A program made the position numbers and the translations under genes. DNA of 64,000 nt from Monocercomonoides exilis PA203 (Eukaryota; Protista; Preaxostyla). Shown here piece after piece: positions 1-11,889 of this stretch. The DNA lies in NCBI GenBank assembly GCA_001643675.2, contig LSRY02000018.1, positions 1,240,001 to 1,304,000 of the forward strand, in the 5' to 3' direction. The stretch's first letter is position 1, and each line of letters begins with the position of its first letter. The notes below the pieces were generated by a model. The model saw only the letters and a program-made list of their open reading frames with translations. It ran no database searches and was not told where the DNA came from.

Positions 1-177
1 TTTTATTTTATTTTTTATTTCATTGGACGAATGAATGAATGAATGAATTTTCAATGATTTGTTTATTCTTATCTTGTTCTTGTTTGTTTTTATCATGAAA
101 ACCGAAAAAATTGTTTATTATGCTCATTGCGAATATATGTGAACATTTCTTGATGAATACAAATTTTGTTTAAATAG

Positions 178-276
178 ACGCATCATCACATCTCTCCGTC
201 AGACACGTACACTTTATTGAAGCAGCTCAACAAATCTGTTACTTCTGAAGTGCAAATCATGGAAGTTTGAATAAGT

Positions 277-333
<57 letters not shown>

Positions 334-602
334 ACTATTGTTCACAATTTTATAATTGTTCGATTAATATCAATGAATTATATATGCGTTTTATATGTCA
401 ATTCAACTAACGCACATAGTTGTTATCCTATCTTCCGTCAGCTGAGGGCGGAATAAACATTCTTGGCGTGTTTCTGATGCACAGCAGTCCCCATGTGAAG
501 GAAGAGATTAAAAGCTTACTGAATAAAATCCGTCATTCGCAGCACGGGCTAATTGCGTTGGGGGCTTTGAATAAATTCCTGTCATTGGAATTGTCTTATT
601 AG
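178..602 (+). CDS. 3' end of an unknown gene entering from upstream (exons 178-264 and 420-602)
   Basis: AG acceptor at 176-177, 87-nt open exon, GTTTGA donor at 265, branch-like CTAAC and TAG acceptor at 417-419; phase-0 join into the 420-602 ORF ending in TAG. Confidence 0.55.
278..329. repeat. poly-T tract (52 nt) inside the predicted 265-419 intron
   Basis: Homopolymer seen directly. Confidence 0.95.
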
Positions 603-1313
603 AGATAAAAAATTACATGGCTATTTTGAAACAAAATTAATTGTAAATATAAGAAATGATGTATTTTTTTTAATTATTTTATTTATAATGTTATTAAATT
701 GAATCTTCAACAAAAATCTTCTTTTTTGACATTTTCATCAACGTAATTTTTTATTTAATAGAACTTACCCAAACAATTCGAGCAGTTTTTAATCTGTTCA
801 TTTTTTATGAAAATTAAAGAAAATAATTATACTCATAATTATTTTTTGTAAGAAGAATTTTTTGTTTTTGTTTTTGTTTTTCATATAGCGAACATTTATT
901 GATTGAGAGAAATGGTAAACGCAACAAGTTCTCTATTCTTGTGACAAACAAAATTTTTCTTTAAAAATTGCGAAAAATTAGAAAAAAAACATTCTCCTTT
1001 TAAAAAATCAAAATAAATTTTTAAAATAAAACAATAATAAATAAATCTGTTCTGCATAACAAAAACAATAATGAAATGTTTTCTTTGAAGAAGTTATAAA
1101 AAAATAAAATGCAATCATCTCAAAAGCAATCACCAATAAAAAATCAACATCAACAAAAATAGCAGAAAGTATAATCTTTAAAAGCGCAATTCAAAATAAA
1201 AAGAAAACTAACATAAATATGTTTGTCAATATTAAAGCACACAGTCAAATTTAACATTTGACAAATAAAAAACGGCTCATTAAAATCTCAAAAACAAAGC
1301 ATGTTTGCGAGTC

Positions 1314-2561
1314 TCAAACATATCCGTCTTCTTTCATAATTGCTCTTGGTTCCACTTCCATTTCCACAGCCACTGAAGAACTGAAAGCTTGATTGGTGAA
1401 CTTATCATTTCCTGCTCCACTTGTACCAACTGTCATGACTTGTTTCATTTGCAGCTTCTCCATTTCAATTGCTGCCTCGCGACTTAATTTCTCGTTTTCT
1501 TCCTTTTTCTTTCTTTCTTCTTCCTCTTTGTCAATTTTTTCTTCAATCTTTCTTTCTTTTCTTGTCAAAAACCATCTCCACTCCTTTTTCCTTCTCCAGT
1601 CTTTTATTCTCCGCTCCACACACGGACGCATGACTCCTTTCAATTCGTCCGAAAATTCATCATCCGACAAGGATCTCATTACACCCAATGAAAATAAGCA
1701 TGCCAAAAAGCATGAACAAATTAATATAATCACATAGCAGGCAATTAGAGATGCTCCAGTTGCAATCAATGCGATTCTTGCATTCCTCGTGGTGGATTTC
1801 CCCTTTATGGATAATCCAACAATTAAAATTGTAATTCCAGCAACAAGCAGAAACATCGCAAATAGTCCCAAATTTGAATCTGTGAGACAAAATCTTTCGT
1901 TGCAAGCAACTCTTTTCTTCTCTTTTTCCCAAATTCGTTTAAATTCAGCTATCACAGCTTTTTGATCTTCATCAAGGCATCTGTCATTTAGAAAAGTGTT
2001 ATTTTCTATTGATTTCCTGGCAACTTCGCGTTGAACGTCTGTTGAACGTAAAAATGGAGTTTTTTCCTTCTCTGGCTCTTTTACTGCTTTTATCCCTTCC
2101 ATCAGCTGAGAAAAGAATTGCCGAGAAGGAACACCTTCTTCGTCAATAATTGGCGCAACAAAGCTTAATTCCCATTTATTCTTCGGGGCAGCAGCTCCTT
2201 CGTTTGTGGGAGGTTCGCAACAAACTTCGTCTGCAACTAGCACCAAATTGTTTGTTCCGTCAAAATTCGGTGGTGTTGCAGTACATGCGTTAATGTTGTC
2301 AGAAGTGGGCAAACTTGGCAATGGAACGGGATTAACAAATTGAGCCTGAACTTGAGAGACTGCTTTCCAAAATTCTGCCTTTTCTGCAATGCTGAGAGTT
2401 TCGGAAAATTCTTCCAAGTCGATTGGCAAAGGCAAAGAAGGCAAGAACTTTGAAAAGAGGCCTATGCATTTATTCTTAAGATCCTCTGGCAAACTCATTG
2501 CAAATTCCCTTATTGGTTGCGGGATATTATGTTCAGTTGATTCAAAGGATTCTTTATTCAT
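1314..2561 (-). CDS. hypothetical intronless membrane protein, 415 aa, two adjacent TM helices followed by a charged coiled coil
   Basis: Long ATG-initiated ORF in AT-rich flanks; hydrophobic LGLFAMFLLVAGITILIVGL and IALIATGASLIACYVIILICSCFLACLF segments; K/E-rich tail. Confidence 0.8.
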   Translation of the reverse strand: MNKESFESTEHNIPQPIREFAMSLPEDLKNKCIGLFSKFLPSLPLPIDLEEFSETLSIAEKAEFWKAVSQVQAQFVNPVPLPSLPTSDNINACTATPPNFDGTNNLVLVADEVCCEPPTNEGAAAPKNKWELSFVAPIIDEEGVPSRQFFSQLMEGIKAVKEPEKEKTPFLRSTDVQREVARKSIENNTFLNDRCLDEDQKAVIAEFKRIWEKEKKRVACNERFCLTDSNLGLFAMFLLVAGITILIVGLSIKGKSTTRNARIALIATGASLIACYVIILICSCFLACLFSLGVMRSLSDDEFSDELKGVMRPCVERRIKDWRRKKEWRWFLTRKERKIEEKIDKEEEERKKKEENEKLSREAAIEMEKLQMKQVMTVGTSGAGNDKFTNQAFSSSVAVEMEVEPRAIMKEDGYV

Positions 2562-2864
2562 TTTAAGATTTATTATTCTTTCAACTATATAAAGCCCTTA
2601 ATAGAGTTTTTATTGATCACGATTTTATTGGTTTTGTTTTTTTCTTTTTGATGATTATAAAATGAACATTTGATCTAAGCCTCTGCGACAGACCGACATT
2701 TTCAAATCAACTCGACAACTCGACCGACAATTTATTGAATCTATTTTATTTTGTTATAAAAAATTTAAAATGTAAATTTTATTATTTTTTAAAAAAAACG
2801 AAATAAAATCTTTTTCAATGTTTTTTTATCTATAAATATTAAAAATTTTATAAGGAAATGAATA

Positions 2865-3259
2865 CAGATATCGAATTAAATACCGGACATCGCACAAAAT
2901 ACCGGACAAGATCGATTTCACAATAACCGCAAGAAGAAAAATTCTGACAATTTTCCTCAAAATACATCTCATCAATACAAACTCACGTGACATATAAGAC
3001 TTTCAAAATAACTTCATTTGTGCTCAGAGAAAATTATTAATGAAATATCGGAGAATCTCAACAACCTATTTTTCCGAAATTTCGATATTAATTTTTCTGA
3101 GCACAAATGAAGTTATTTTGAAAGTTTTGTATATCAAATGAGTTAGCATTGTTAAGATATATTTTGAGGAAAATTGTCAGAATTATTCCTCTTGCAGTTA
3201 TTGTGAAATCGATCTTGTCCGGTATTTTGTGCGATGCACGGTATTTTATGCGAAATCTG
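2865..3259. mobile_element. hairpin MITE family A, copy 1 (395 bp, ~165-bp TIRs, TA TSD; Tc1/mariner/pogo-type ends)
   Basis: TA|CAGATATCG...CGAAATCTG|TA; arms are near reverse complements; second copy at 40862-41257. Confidence 0.9.
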
Positions 3260-3670
3260 TAATCATAATTTTTTCTTTTTTTTTCTGAAAATCTTATAAT
3301 AATAATGGGTTATCGATAGATCTTTGTCGAGATCAGTCGAACGACAAAGATCAGTCGAATTGTAAGATATAACAAAAAATAAATGATTTTTTAACAATTG
3401 CTTATTTTTTTTTTATTTTGAGACTTTCTCTCACTCAAAGATTTCACTTTTATTTAATTTTGGAATCATACTTGCTTTGATTTCTTATTTTGAAGATCAA
3501 TTATTTGGTAAAATATAATTTCAAATGATGCATTGTTCAAACAAGACTTTTTGATCATTTTTTATAAAAGGAAATGTAAAATAGCGTATTTAAACAACAA
3601 ACATTAATTTTTTTTTTTTTGTTTTGTTTTTAATTTTTGATTCATATTTGATCACCATTTCAAAAATAAC

Positions 3671-4144
3671 AGGCAAAAGGATATGATAGGGGAACACGAA
3701 TTTTTCAAAATCTTTATAATAAACGGAAATAATATTGTATAAGAATCATTTATAAATTAATTAAAATTTGAGATCATCAATCATATAAATTTCTTTTATT
3801 CAATCAAAACATTTTGATCTGACCCAGTATTTTTTTAATAATTTGGGTTTAAATTCAAAAATAATCTCCACATTAATAGATTGGTTTAGGTTCTAGGGTT
3901 TGCGTAACAAATCTTGGGTTTAGGGTTTGTTCCCGTTCTTCTTTTTAGGGTTAGCACTCAAAAATATCATGAAAATTCATTGATCTATCCCATAAATATT
4001 AAGAATCCTTGATTATTATTTATCAAAAAAAAATTAGATGATCTCAAATTTTTATTAATTAATAAATGATTCTTATACTATATTGAATTCGTTAATAATA
4101 AAAAATTAGAAAAAATCGTGTTCCCCTATAATATTCATTTGCCT
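3671..4144. mobile_element. inverted-repeat element / MITE family B (~110-bp imperfect arms) with telomere-like motifs in the spacer
   Basis: Left AGGCAAAAGGATATGATAGGGGAACACGAATTTTTC...TTTGAGATCATC pairs with right GATGATCTCAAA...GAAAAAATCGTGTTCCCCTATAATATTCATTTGCCT. No clear TSD. Confidence 0.7.
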
Positions 4145-5595
4145 ATCTTGCTCATATCTCTTTTCATTTTTCAATTCCGCCATCTTCACTATTTTAGTTC
4201 CAAAAGAAAATTTTTATCCACAATTTTCAGATCAATTTGTATATAAAAAAATAACTGATATCTCAAACTTATTTTGTACGATACAGCGGATGGATTTTTT
4301 CTGTCAATTCTTTTTGAAAAGGTGAAACACACATGTGTTGGTAGAAAAAATAATATTTAAGATTATTTTTGAAACTGTTTTGTTCCATTTGAATGAGGAA
4401 ACCAACAAAATAAAAAAATTATTAAAAATAAATAATTATTAATATTATTAATAATCATCAGAGTGCATATTTTTTATTGCAATTTTTTATTAACCCTTCG
4501 TTGTATGAATGATTATCAGTTGAATCAAGATATCTTTTTGGAGCGAGGATTATGACAAAGTTTCAAATCAGTAGAAAATCAATTCTTGTCGAAATTGTCC
4601 ATTTATATTTATGATGATAAAAGCTTCTAAGAACGGAGATTGAAAAAAGACAAATAACTTCTTTTTTGATTTGCCAACTTTTTTTCTTCGTTCAATCTTA
4701 TTTGTTAAAATTTTCAAACCAAAAATAAAGATTTATGAAATTTTGATTTCAAACGCAATCACCTATATTATCTTCTGTAATTTTTGTTCAATAAAATCAT
4801 ATTTGTAAAAAACTGAAATGAACAAAAAACATTAAAATAAGTTTGTTGATATTTCGAAGACTTGAATTAGAATTTGAAAACAGATTAATGTTTTTTCTTT
4901 TGAAAACTTAATTTCACATTTTCTGAAAAAGCTTGGTTGAGTCGGAAAAGCTAATTAAAAATGAGCAAAAATATTTTCATCTCAATAAATCACAAACAAA
5001 AATAAAAGCATAAACCTGAAAAGAATTGAATCAACTATGTTTTAATCTCTCATTTTTTCAACAGAAAAAGTTATTCTTTTCTCGGGTGCTGTGATTAAAA
5101 ACGAAAAATGTGTCAATAAATCGAAAAGCCCTAGAAAAAGTCATCAATATTCAATGAATAAAATGTTAATAAGGACAATATTTTGCAAAACTCAAGAAAC
5201 CAACAATCATTGACAAATGGGCAATACACGCTATCAAAAGATATTGGGTGGTTTTTTTATCCGGACATTTTTTTTATCCGGACAGAAATTTTAAAAATTT
5301 GTTTAATCAACCTGCTTTTCATATTTCATATGTTGTTTTTTGTATATAAGGAAAAGTCAGCAGTTAGAAATATAGATTAAATTACTACATCTAATCTCTG
5401 ATGGGGGGAGATGGGTAGGGGGGGTTAGCTCCTGCATCTGTGATTTGTGCCTCCTCTGAAGAAATAAGGTGATAGCAAGGTGTATTACTAAGTTAGAAAT
5501 TAATCGAAAAAAATAATATTTTTATTTGTTTTTTCATAACAAAAAATTTTTTTTGAAAAAGTTAAAAATAAGATCATAACCAACATTTTATTCGT

Positions 5596-7194
5596 ATGAG
5601 CGAAGAGAAACAAAGAAAAGATAGTCGTTTGACGAAATTGAGAGATTTGATGAAATCTTTCCAGTATCATCAAATTCAAAATCGATTTGAATGTGTTGCT
5701 ACAATTATTGCTGATGGAAAATCCCATGTTATCGACTCTGCTAATCTCAATGAATTCTCTCATTCATCGGTAAACTGAGCCGTTGCTGCAGTTGAAAAGG
5801 GTAGAACCGTGGGAAAAGTTGGTCGACCAGAGCTTTTCACAAAAGAAGAAAAGGAAGTGATAACAGGAGTTATCAGAATTGAAAGCATGACAGGAGTGAG
5901 TTATTCTTTAACTCCAACAAAAAGATTGGTTTGCATTAATTTTTTTTCTTATCAATATTTGTTATTTATTATAATGAAAGATGGAATCAGTGCTAACTGA
6001 CAGAAAAATTCGAAGTGGAGAAGAATAAGATCAAGAAGTTAAAATTTCAAAATCAACTCCGTACTCATTTGTCAAACGACATCCAGATCTTAAGACATCC
6101 ATTCCTCATAACGTTGATATTCAACGTTTATTGGTATCAAACAAGCAGTCTCTTCAACCTTTCTTCTCTCTTCTGCAATCACTTAATGACTCTAACAAAT
6201 ACTCCACTTCACTCATCTTCAACACCGACGAATCCTCTTTACGTCTCTCCGACTTTTCAAAAAATCTTGCCGTTCATCTTTCGGATGTTCCAGTTGGATT
6301 TTCAAAAGCTCCAATCGACATGTCAAACTCCACTCTTGTGGTTGCAGTTGCTGAAGATGGTAATTCTTTTCATAATCTTATTCTTTAGCAGTCGAAGAAA
6401 TTACAACCAAAAATGAAGGTCTTGCTCAGCCCGCAACTTCTTGCCTGGGCAGGCAATGACGGATTAATGACAGATGCATTGTTTGCTCGCTATGCTGAAA
6501 AGATACTACTGACTGGAATTGTCCAAAAAAGAAAATTATTTGATAGGAACGAAGATAGATGCTTGCTTATCTTGGATTCTCATCCTTCACGGTCACAGCC
6601 AGATCTTTGGCAAAAATTTGAAGTTGCATCAATTGGTGTCGTTACGTTTATTCCACATTGCACTCATCTTTCACAGCCACTTGACTGCGGAGTTTTTGCT
6701 GTGTTTAAAAGATGTTTCAACTCAAAAAATGTTGTTCCATCTTCTTCTTTGATCGCACTCAGACGAAAAGCAGTTGCAAATGCCTTGCCACAGGCTTTGC
6801 AAACTGCATTGTTTCCTTCAACAATTCACTCTGCATTTGAAAAGATCGGGGTGTTGTCTGGGCAATCCAATTCTGAATTTGTGAAGTTGTCTAACACTCC
6901 TTCAGTTCAGCTGAAAAAAAATCCCATCGTTTCAATTTCCATGGAAAAAATATATCCGACCAAGCATTTTTAGATGAATGGAAAGAATACAAAAAGATGA
7001 AAGATGAAAAGAAAATTGATGATTCTTCTGAAGAAAAAATTGAAAAAGATTTGTTTTTTGAAGAGAAGCCAAAAAAAAGAAAAATATCCAAATCCCAAAT
7101 TTTAAAAGATGATGATTTAGAAGATAATAATGAAAAAAAAAAAAATACCAGAAAAATTATTAAAAGAGAATTTATGGATTATATTTGCTATTGA
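5596..7194 (+). pseudogene. pogo/DDE_1-family transposase pseudogene with intron 5929-5980
   Basis: GRP motif before the HTH region; catalytic motifs IFNTDES, LLILDSH and HLSQPLDCGVF with 35 residues between the 2nd and 3rd Asp; in-frame stops at 5776 (TGA), 6026 (TAA), 6386 (TAG); frameshift near the A-run at ~6915. Confidence 0.9.
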
Positions 7195-7233
7195 TTGATG
7201 CATTTTTTCTAAAATTTCAACTTGCGATTTTAA

Positions 7234-7259
7234 ATATATATATATATATATATATATAT
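7234..7259. repeat. (AT)n microsatellite inside the transposon 3' region
   Basis: Seen directly. Confidence 0.9.
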
Positions 7260-7988
7260 TTTTATCAAAAAATAAAAATTACATCCGGATAAAAAAATCA
7301 CCCTAATCCAACTTCCATTTGATCGATTTTGATATCAATTCTTTTTTTTTCTCTTTGATTTTTATTTTGTAAAATAAGCGTTTTGCTATTAGAAAAATAT
7401 TATGAGTTTTCAAGGTTGTGATAAAAACCCAACAACAATAACAACAGCAATTTTGATGATTTTATTTTCAAAAAAATATTGATCCCAATGAATCTTTGAC
7501 CCTTCAAAAAACATATCCAAATATTTTTTGGCTGATATGTTTGATGCGCAATCATTATGAAAACGAATATTTCTGAATTTTTTCCTTTCTCATTCGTTTC
7601 TTGGGGAAAACAAAAAAAGAAAAAAAGATTTCAGTTATTGAATACATGGATATTATGATTGTTGTTTGAAGTGGATGAAGTGATTCACCGACAGCACAGT
7701 TGCCATCAAACAAAAAGTGTAAACAGTCATCTGCCTGCCCATTCACGAACAGCAACACCCTTCAAAAAAACCCCTGCTATCCATTAATGCAGACAGATCC
7801 TGCACGGCATCTTCATCTTATTTCTTTTCTTTTTTTCGAAATATTCATATCCCTCTTGTATCTTCCCCTTCCCGAAGCACATAATCGTTTCATCAAATCA
7901 AGTCTCATTTCCTTCAACTGATTGGGAGATTCCTTTGCTTCTCTTCTTCCCGTTTATCTCCATTCCCTCCATCCCTGGTCTTCTCTCC

Positions 7989-10924
7989 TCATTCAAATGT
8001 GCTGTATCCACTCACAACACTTCCACTTTGTGCATCTCCACTTTGTGCACTTCCACTTAGTGCACTTCCACTTTCTATTTTGCCTCTGTCTGTTGTTTCC
8101 TCCAGCCCAATTGCATCAGACACTGTCAGAACAGCACAGCCAGCCGGAAAATGACTGATGAATGCCCGCTTCAAGTCTGTGAGTGTTGGCCTGGCGTACC
8201 GGCCCATTGACAGACAAGCGATGGCTGCTTTCACTCCATCTGGCGAGCCTGCCCTCGCAACATCTGGCCTCTCCCCATTCGCTATCTTCTGTCCCGCCAC
8301 CTCTGCTGGATACTCCCCAAACGGGATCTCCAGCGTCAGGCACTCCCACAGCATCATCCCTATCGAGAACACAACAGACTTCTTCGTTGCCCCCATCTTC
8401 CTGTTCATCAGCAATTCTGGTGCCATCCATCGCAGACTTTCCTTTTTGTAATCGTTCTCATCCCCAAAGGCTGATGAAGGCAGAGAGTCACTGTCATCAT
8501 CATCATCACTTGCAGATGTCACAACTGTTGTTGATGAGATCGATGAGGAATCTGAGTCTGAAGATGAGAAGTCAGAGTGCATCACAATGCAGATAACCAT
8601 GTGTTCTGAAAACAATACAATGTGAGGGCTCAGAGTGGAAAGAGAAGATAATCCATTTTCCATTTCATCAAAGGAGTGAAGAGCAAGATTAGCCACCCAG
8701 AACAAGATCTGGGCAGCTGTCTGCTCCCTCTCCTGAAGAGTCCCAATTGCCATTTCTTTCTTCTCATTTCTTCCATGCAGAAGCATGAACAATGAATCCC
8801 TCAGATCCACAATCAACTTCTCATGTGGTGATGAGCATGCCATAGCATCCACCAGATTCGACATCGATGAAGTGGTTGGACATAGATCTTCACCTCGAAC
8901 AAAAGTTGTATCAGTATCAGTTGTTGAAGAAGTTGAAATGGAAGAAATAGAAGGAGAAGGCGTTCTCTTCCTTATCTCTTCTTCCTCTTCTTTCTCCAAT
9001 GCCCATTCAGGAATCTTGTCAGAGTCTCTTCCAAGAATGTATTCAGTCGATCCACTCTCAGATAGAAGATGCTCAGATGACTCTGAATGTTCCAAATTTG
9101 AATCACACACCCTCTTCTTTATTCTCTCTTCATTCTTCTTTTCTGCCTCTCTTTCTGCTCTCCTCCACTGCTCCTCGGGAGACATCTCCATCGTTATCAT
9201 CTCAATAAGCTTTGGATCCTTCTTCACTGTGTCATTCACAATCTCTCTCAGATCTTTTGCTTCATTCCTTGCCTTTCTCCATCGAACAACAAACATAATA
9301 AATCCAATCAAAGCTATCAGAAACAACACAGCAAATATCACAATCACAATCAATGCCCATGATGATTTTTCATCTTTTCCTCCTTTAACAATTCTTTCAT
9401 CGTCTTTTGATCCAGGACCACTTGCATTCTTTAGAATGAACGAGTTTGTTGAGAAGAGAGTATTCGAATTCTCAAACAAAATATGCACACTCACCTCAAT
9501 ATCACTTCCACAATTGCTGATTTTATCCTTTGCCACACTCCCTTCAACTTCTCTTTCTGACAAAAACCCATTTGAATCAAAATCATAATGTTCAATCTCT
9601 TTCTCTTCTCCCTTCTTCTTCACAACTGAGAACGATATATTGCATGGAACAAGAAGCATTCCTTTGAATGTCAGTTTCATTCTATCTGCCTCTTCTTTTG
9701 CTTCCACACTCTCCAGAACAGGAATGAAAAATGGAGATGCCCTCTCGGAAACAATCCCTTCAAAACTGCACCCATCATTCAACATCCAAAGTGAAGAGTT
9801 ATCCTTCCATCCATCTCCTCCTTTCAAACTTACCACATTCAATGTTCCAGAATCTGAGCAAATGATGTTTCTTCTCAATGATGTATATTTTTCAATTGAT
9901 GGATTATTATTTGAGAAATTTCCTGCTTCAATTATCATTTTTCCTCCACTCATTGTTATTCCACCATCTGGAGAATTTGCAATTGTTGTGTCTTTCATCA
10001 TCACGGAACTCTTCACAACATCCACAAGAGATCCATTCCATTTGCATATCTCATCGGTTCTGTCGTTTCTTCTCGATTCTTCTTTTGCTTCATTTCCCAA
10101 ATCTCCAAGGAAGTTGCAGGAATCAAAAATTGCATCAACACAATTATTAACGAACACAATCGTCCCTTTCTCCTTTGAGCTAAAACATTTTCCAAACGAA
10201 CAGTTCGACAAGCCAACTCTCTTTGCCGCATTCTGGATTTTCGCCACACTTCCACTTCTTGAAATTGTGATGTTCTCAGCATCCAATTCCTTCAATTCCA
10301 CTTTTGCAGTGTCCCCAATTTCAATCACGTTTCCCTCTGATTTCAAATCATCAATTCTTGTTTCTGAAATGATTGCTTTCGATTCCCCAATGAATTCCAT
10401 CAATGGCACTCTCAATTTCATTCTCATGGACACACATTTGTCCATCTCCAGTTCTCCTCCTTCAACTGCCATCACAATGCTTTTAATCGTTAATTCAGAT
10501 GTTGATGACAAACACTCACACTCCCTCATCATGGCTGTCCCGTTCTTCACTTTCATAACGCATTTGTGATTTGCTTCAAAGAGCTCTCCAAACTCATGCA
10601 CACATCTCTCCACAACACACTCATTCACAAATACAATCACACTTCCTTCACTTCCCATCTCTTGAATTGCTTCATTGAAATGAATTGTTGCCTTCGCCTT
10701 CTTCATTGACTTCACACACAAATCTCCAACAACACATTCACCTCCAATGTCTCCTTCGCCATCAATCCAAATAACATTTCCCACACCTCTTTGGATGTGA
10801 CTCACACTGCAGCTGACACTTTTGCACGGATTTGTCTGCGCTCCACACTGCCTATTGTTACTCCCATTTACTGAAATAAACACTTGCTGCCCAAAGAAGA
10901 ATGTGATCCGCGGAATCAGATCAA
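7989..10924 (-). CDS. 3' half of the transposon-interrupted giant receptor-like gene: end of ectodomain, one TM helix, kinase-like (pseudokinase) domain
   Basis: Open for 977 codons after the junction; TM WALIVIVIFAVLFLIALIGFIMFVV; kinase subdomains VIII-XI (LRWMAPELL, VVFSIGMMLWECLTLEIPF, GERP) but no HRD or DFG. The first ~19 aa of the listed 997-aa ORF derive from the element end. Confidence 0.85.
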
Positions 10925-11889
10925 TATGGCAAAATTTTTTTGAAAAGTTCCTCGAGTTTAATTCTATCCCACAAAAGATCACATTTGATCAAAAAATGTT
11001 GATCATTCCGTTCCCATTATTGTTTTATTAATATTTCATATTGTCATTTTCTGAGTTTATTATTGAAAAATAAGATACAAGTTTGTTGATATCATATGAG
11101 ATGTAAACTCTCGTTTCATATTTGATATTAAAAACAATCATTTTGTTGTTATTTGGAACATTCAAATGTTTTTGTTAATATTTGCCTTTTTCATTACATT
11201 AGTTTGAATATACATCTTGCTTTTTTGGATAATTACTCTTTTTTAATATCCTTGGTTGTTAGAAATTTTATAGAAAAAATTTGCTTGATTTGGAATGGTT
11301 TTTTTTTTGAAATTTATGAACAAAAAAGACTTGACATTTCACATCTCAAAACATGTGAATGATGTTCATTCAGTTGTTTGCAAAGGACAGTTTTTGATAT
11401 GAAAATTATAATATATATAAATATGAATAACCAGCAAGTTAATAATTTAAAAACCTTGGAATTGTGAAAACAAGAAAAGAACACATTTTTCACTCGTTGA
11501 ATCAAATCATGAATTGCATTCATATTCACTTTCGTTTCCATATTTATCTGACTTTTCAAAATACTTTTCTTCTTTCTTAAACGTGATGTCCGTAGAAAGC
11601 ATTCTCTATCTTTTTCCAACACTCGAAAATTGTGAGATTTTCTTTTCATGTTAATTTCACTGGAATGAAATACGAAGTTGTTACAGCTCCACCAATAAAT
11701 ATGCCCGAAAATGTGATTGAATTGACCAAAATTCTTCTTTTAGCAAACGAAAATCAGAAATTATCTCTTTGCTCTTCTTTAACTTCATTTTCATCTTTTT
11801 CAGTACATGGAGTGAGGAAGTGAGCATTCAGATCTTTTCACAAAAGATGCGTATGCATTCATGCCAACAACTATCTGATTTATCCTTCG

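Larger units (their letters stand above)
5246..7303 (+). mobile_element. decayed pogo-type (DD35D) DNA transposon, ~2.06 kb
   Basis: TIRs GGGTGGTTTTTTTATCCGGA and TCCGGATAAAAAAATCACCC|TA (left TA apparently mutated to TT) enclosing a transposase pseudogene. Confidence 0.85.

Noticed and set aside
278-329. Poly-T as a retroelement tail
   Set aside because: It lies within a predicted intron; no RT fragment or TSD nearby.
2680-3362. TCGAC/GTCGA-rich patches flanking MITE A as an older enclosing element
   Set aside because: Only ~8-bp inverted matches and one 12-bp direct repeat; no definable ends.
3843-3954. True telomere or interstitial telomeric array
   Set aside because: Only scattered single motifs, no tandem array.
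8010-8075. 15-nt tandem repeats as a CRISPR-like or regulatory array
   Set aside because: They simply encode (Q/L)SGxA repeats at the receptor C-terminus; no spacers.
8785-10569. Antisense ORFs of 267 and 309 aa (and similar ones at 16.5-20.9, 32-33.6, 51-53 and 56-60 kb)
   Set aside because: Shadows of long sense ORFs with biased codons; S/F/L-rich with no motifs.
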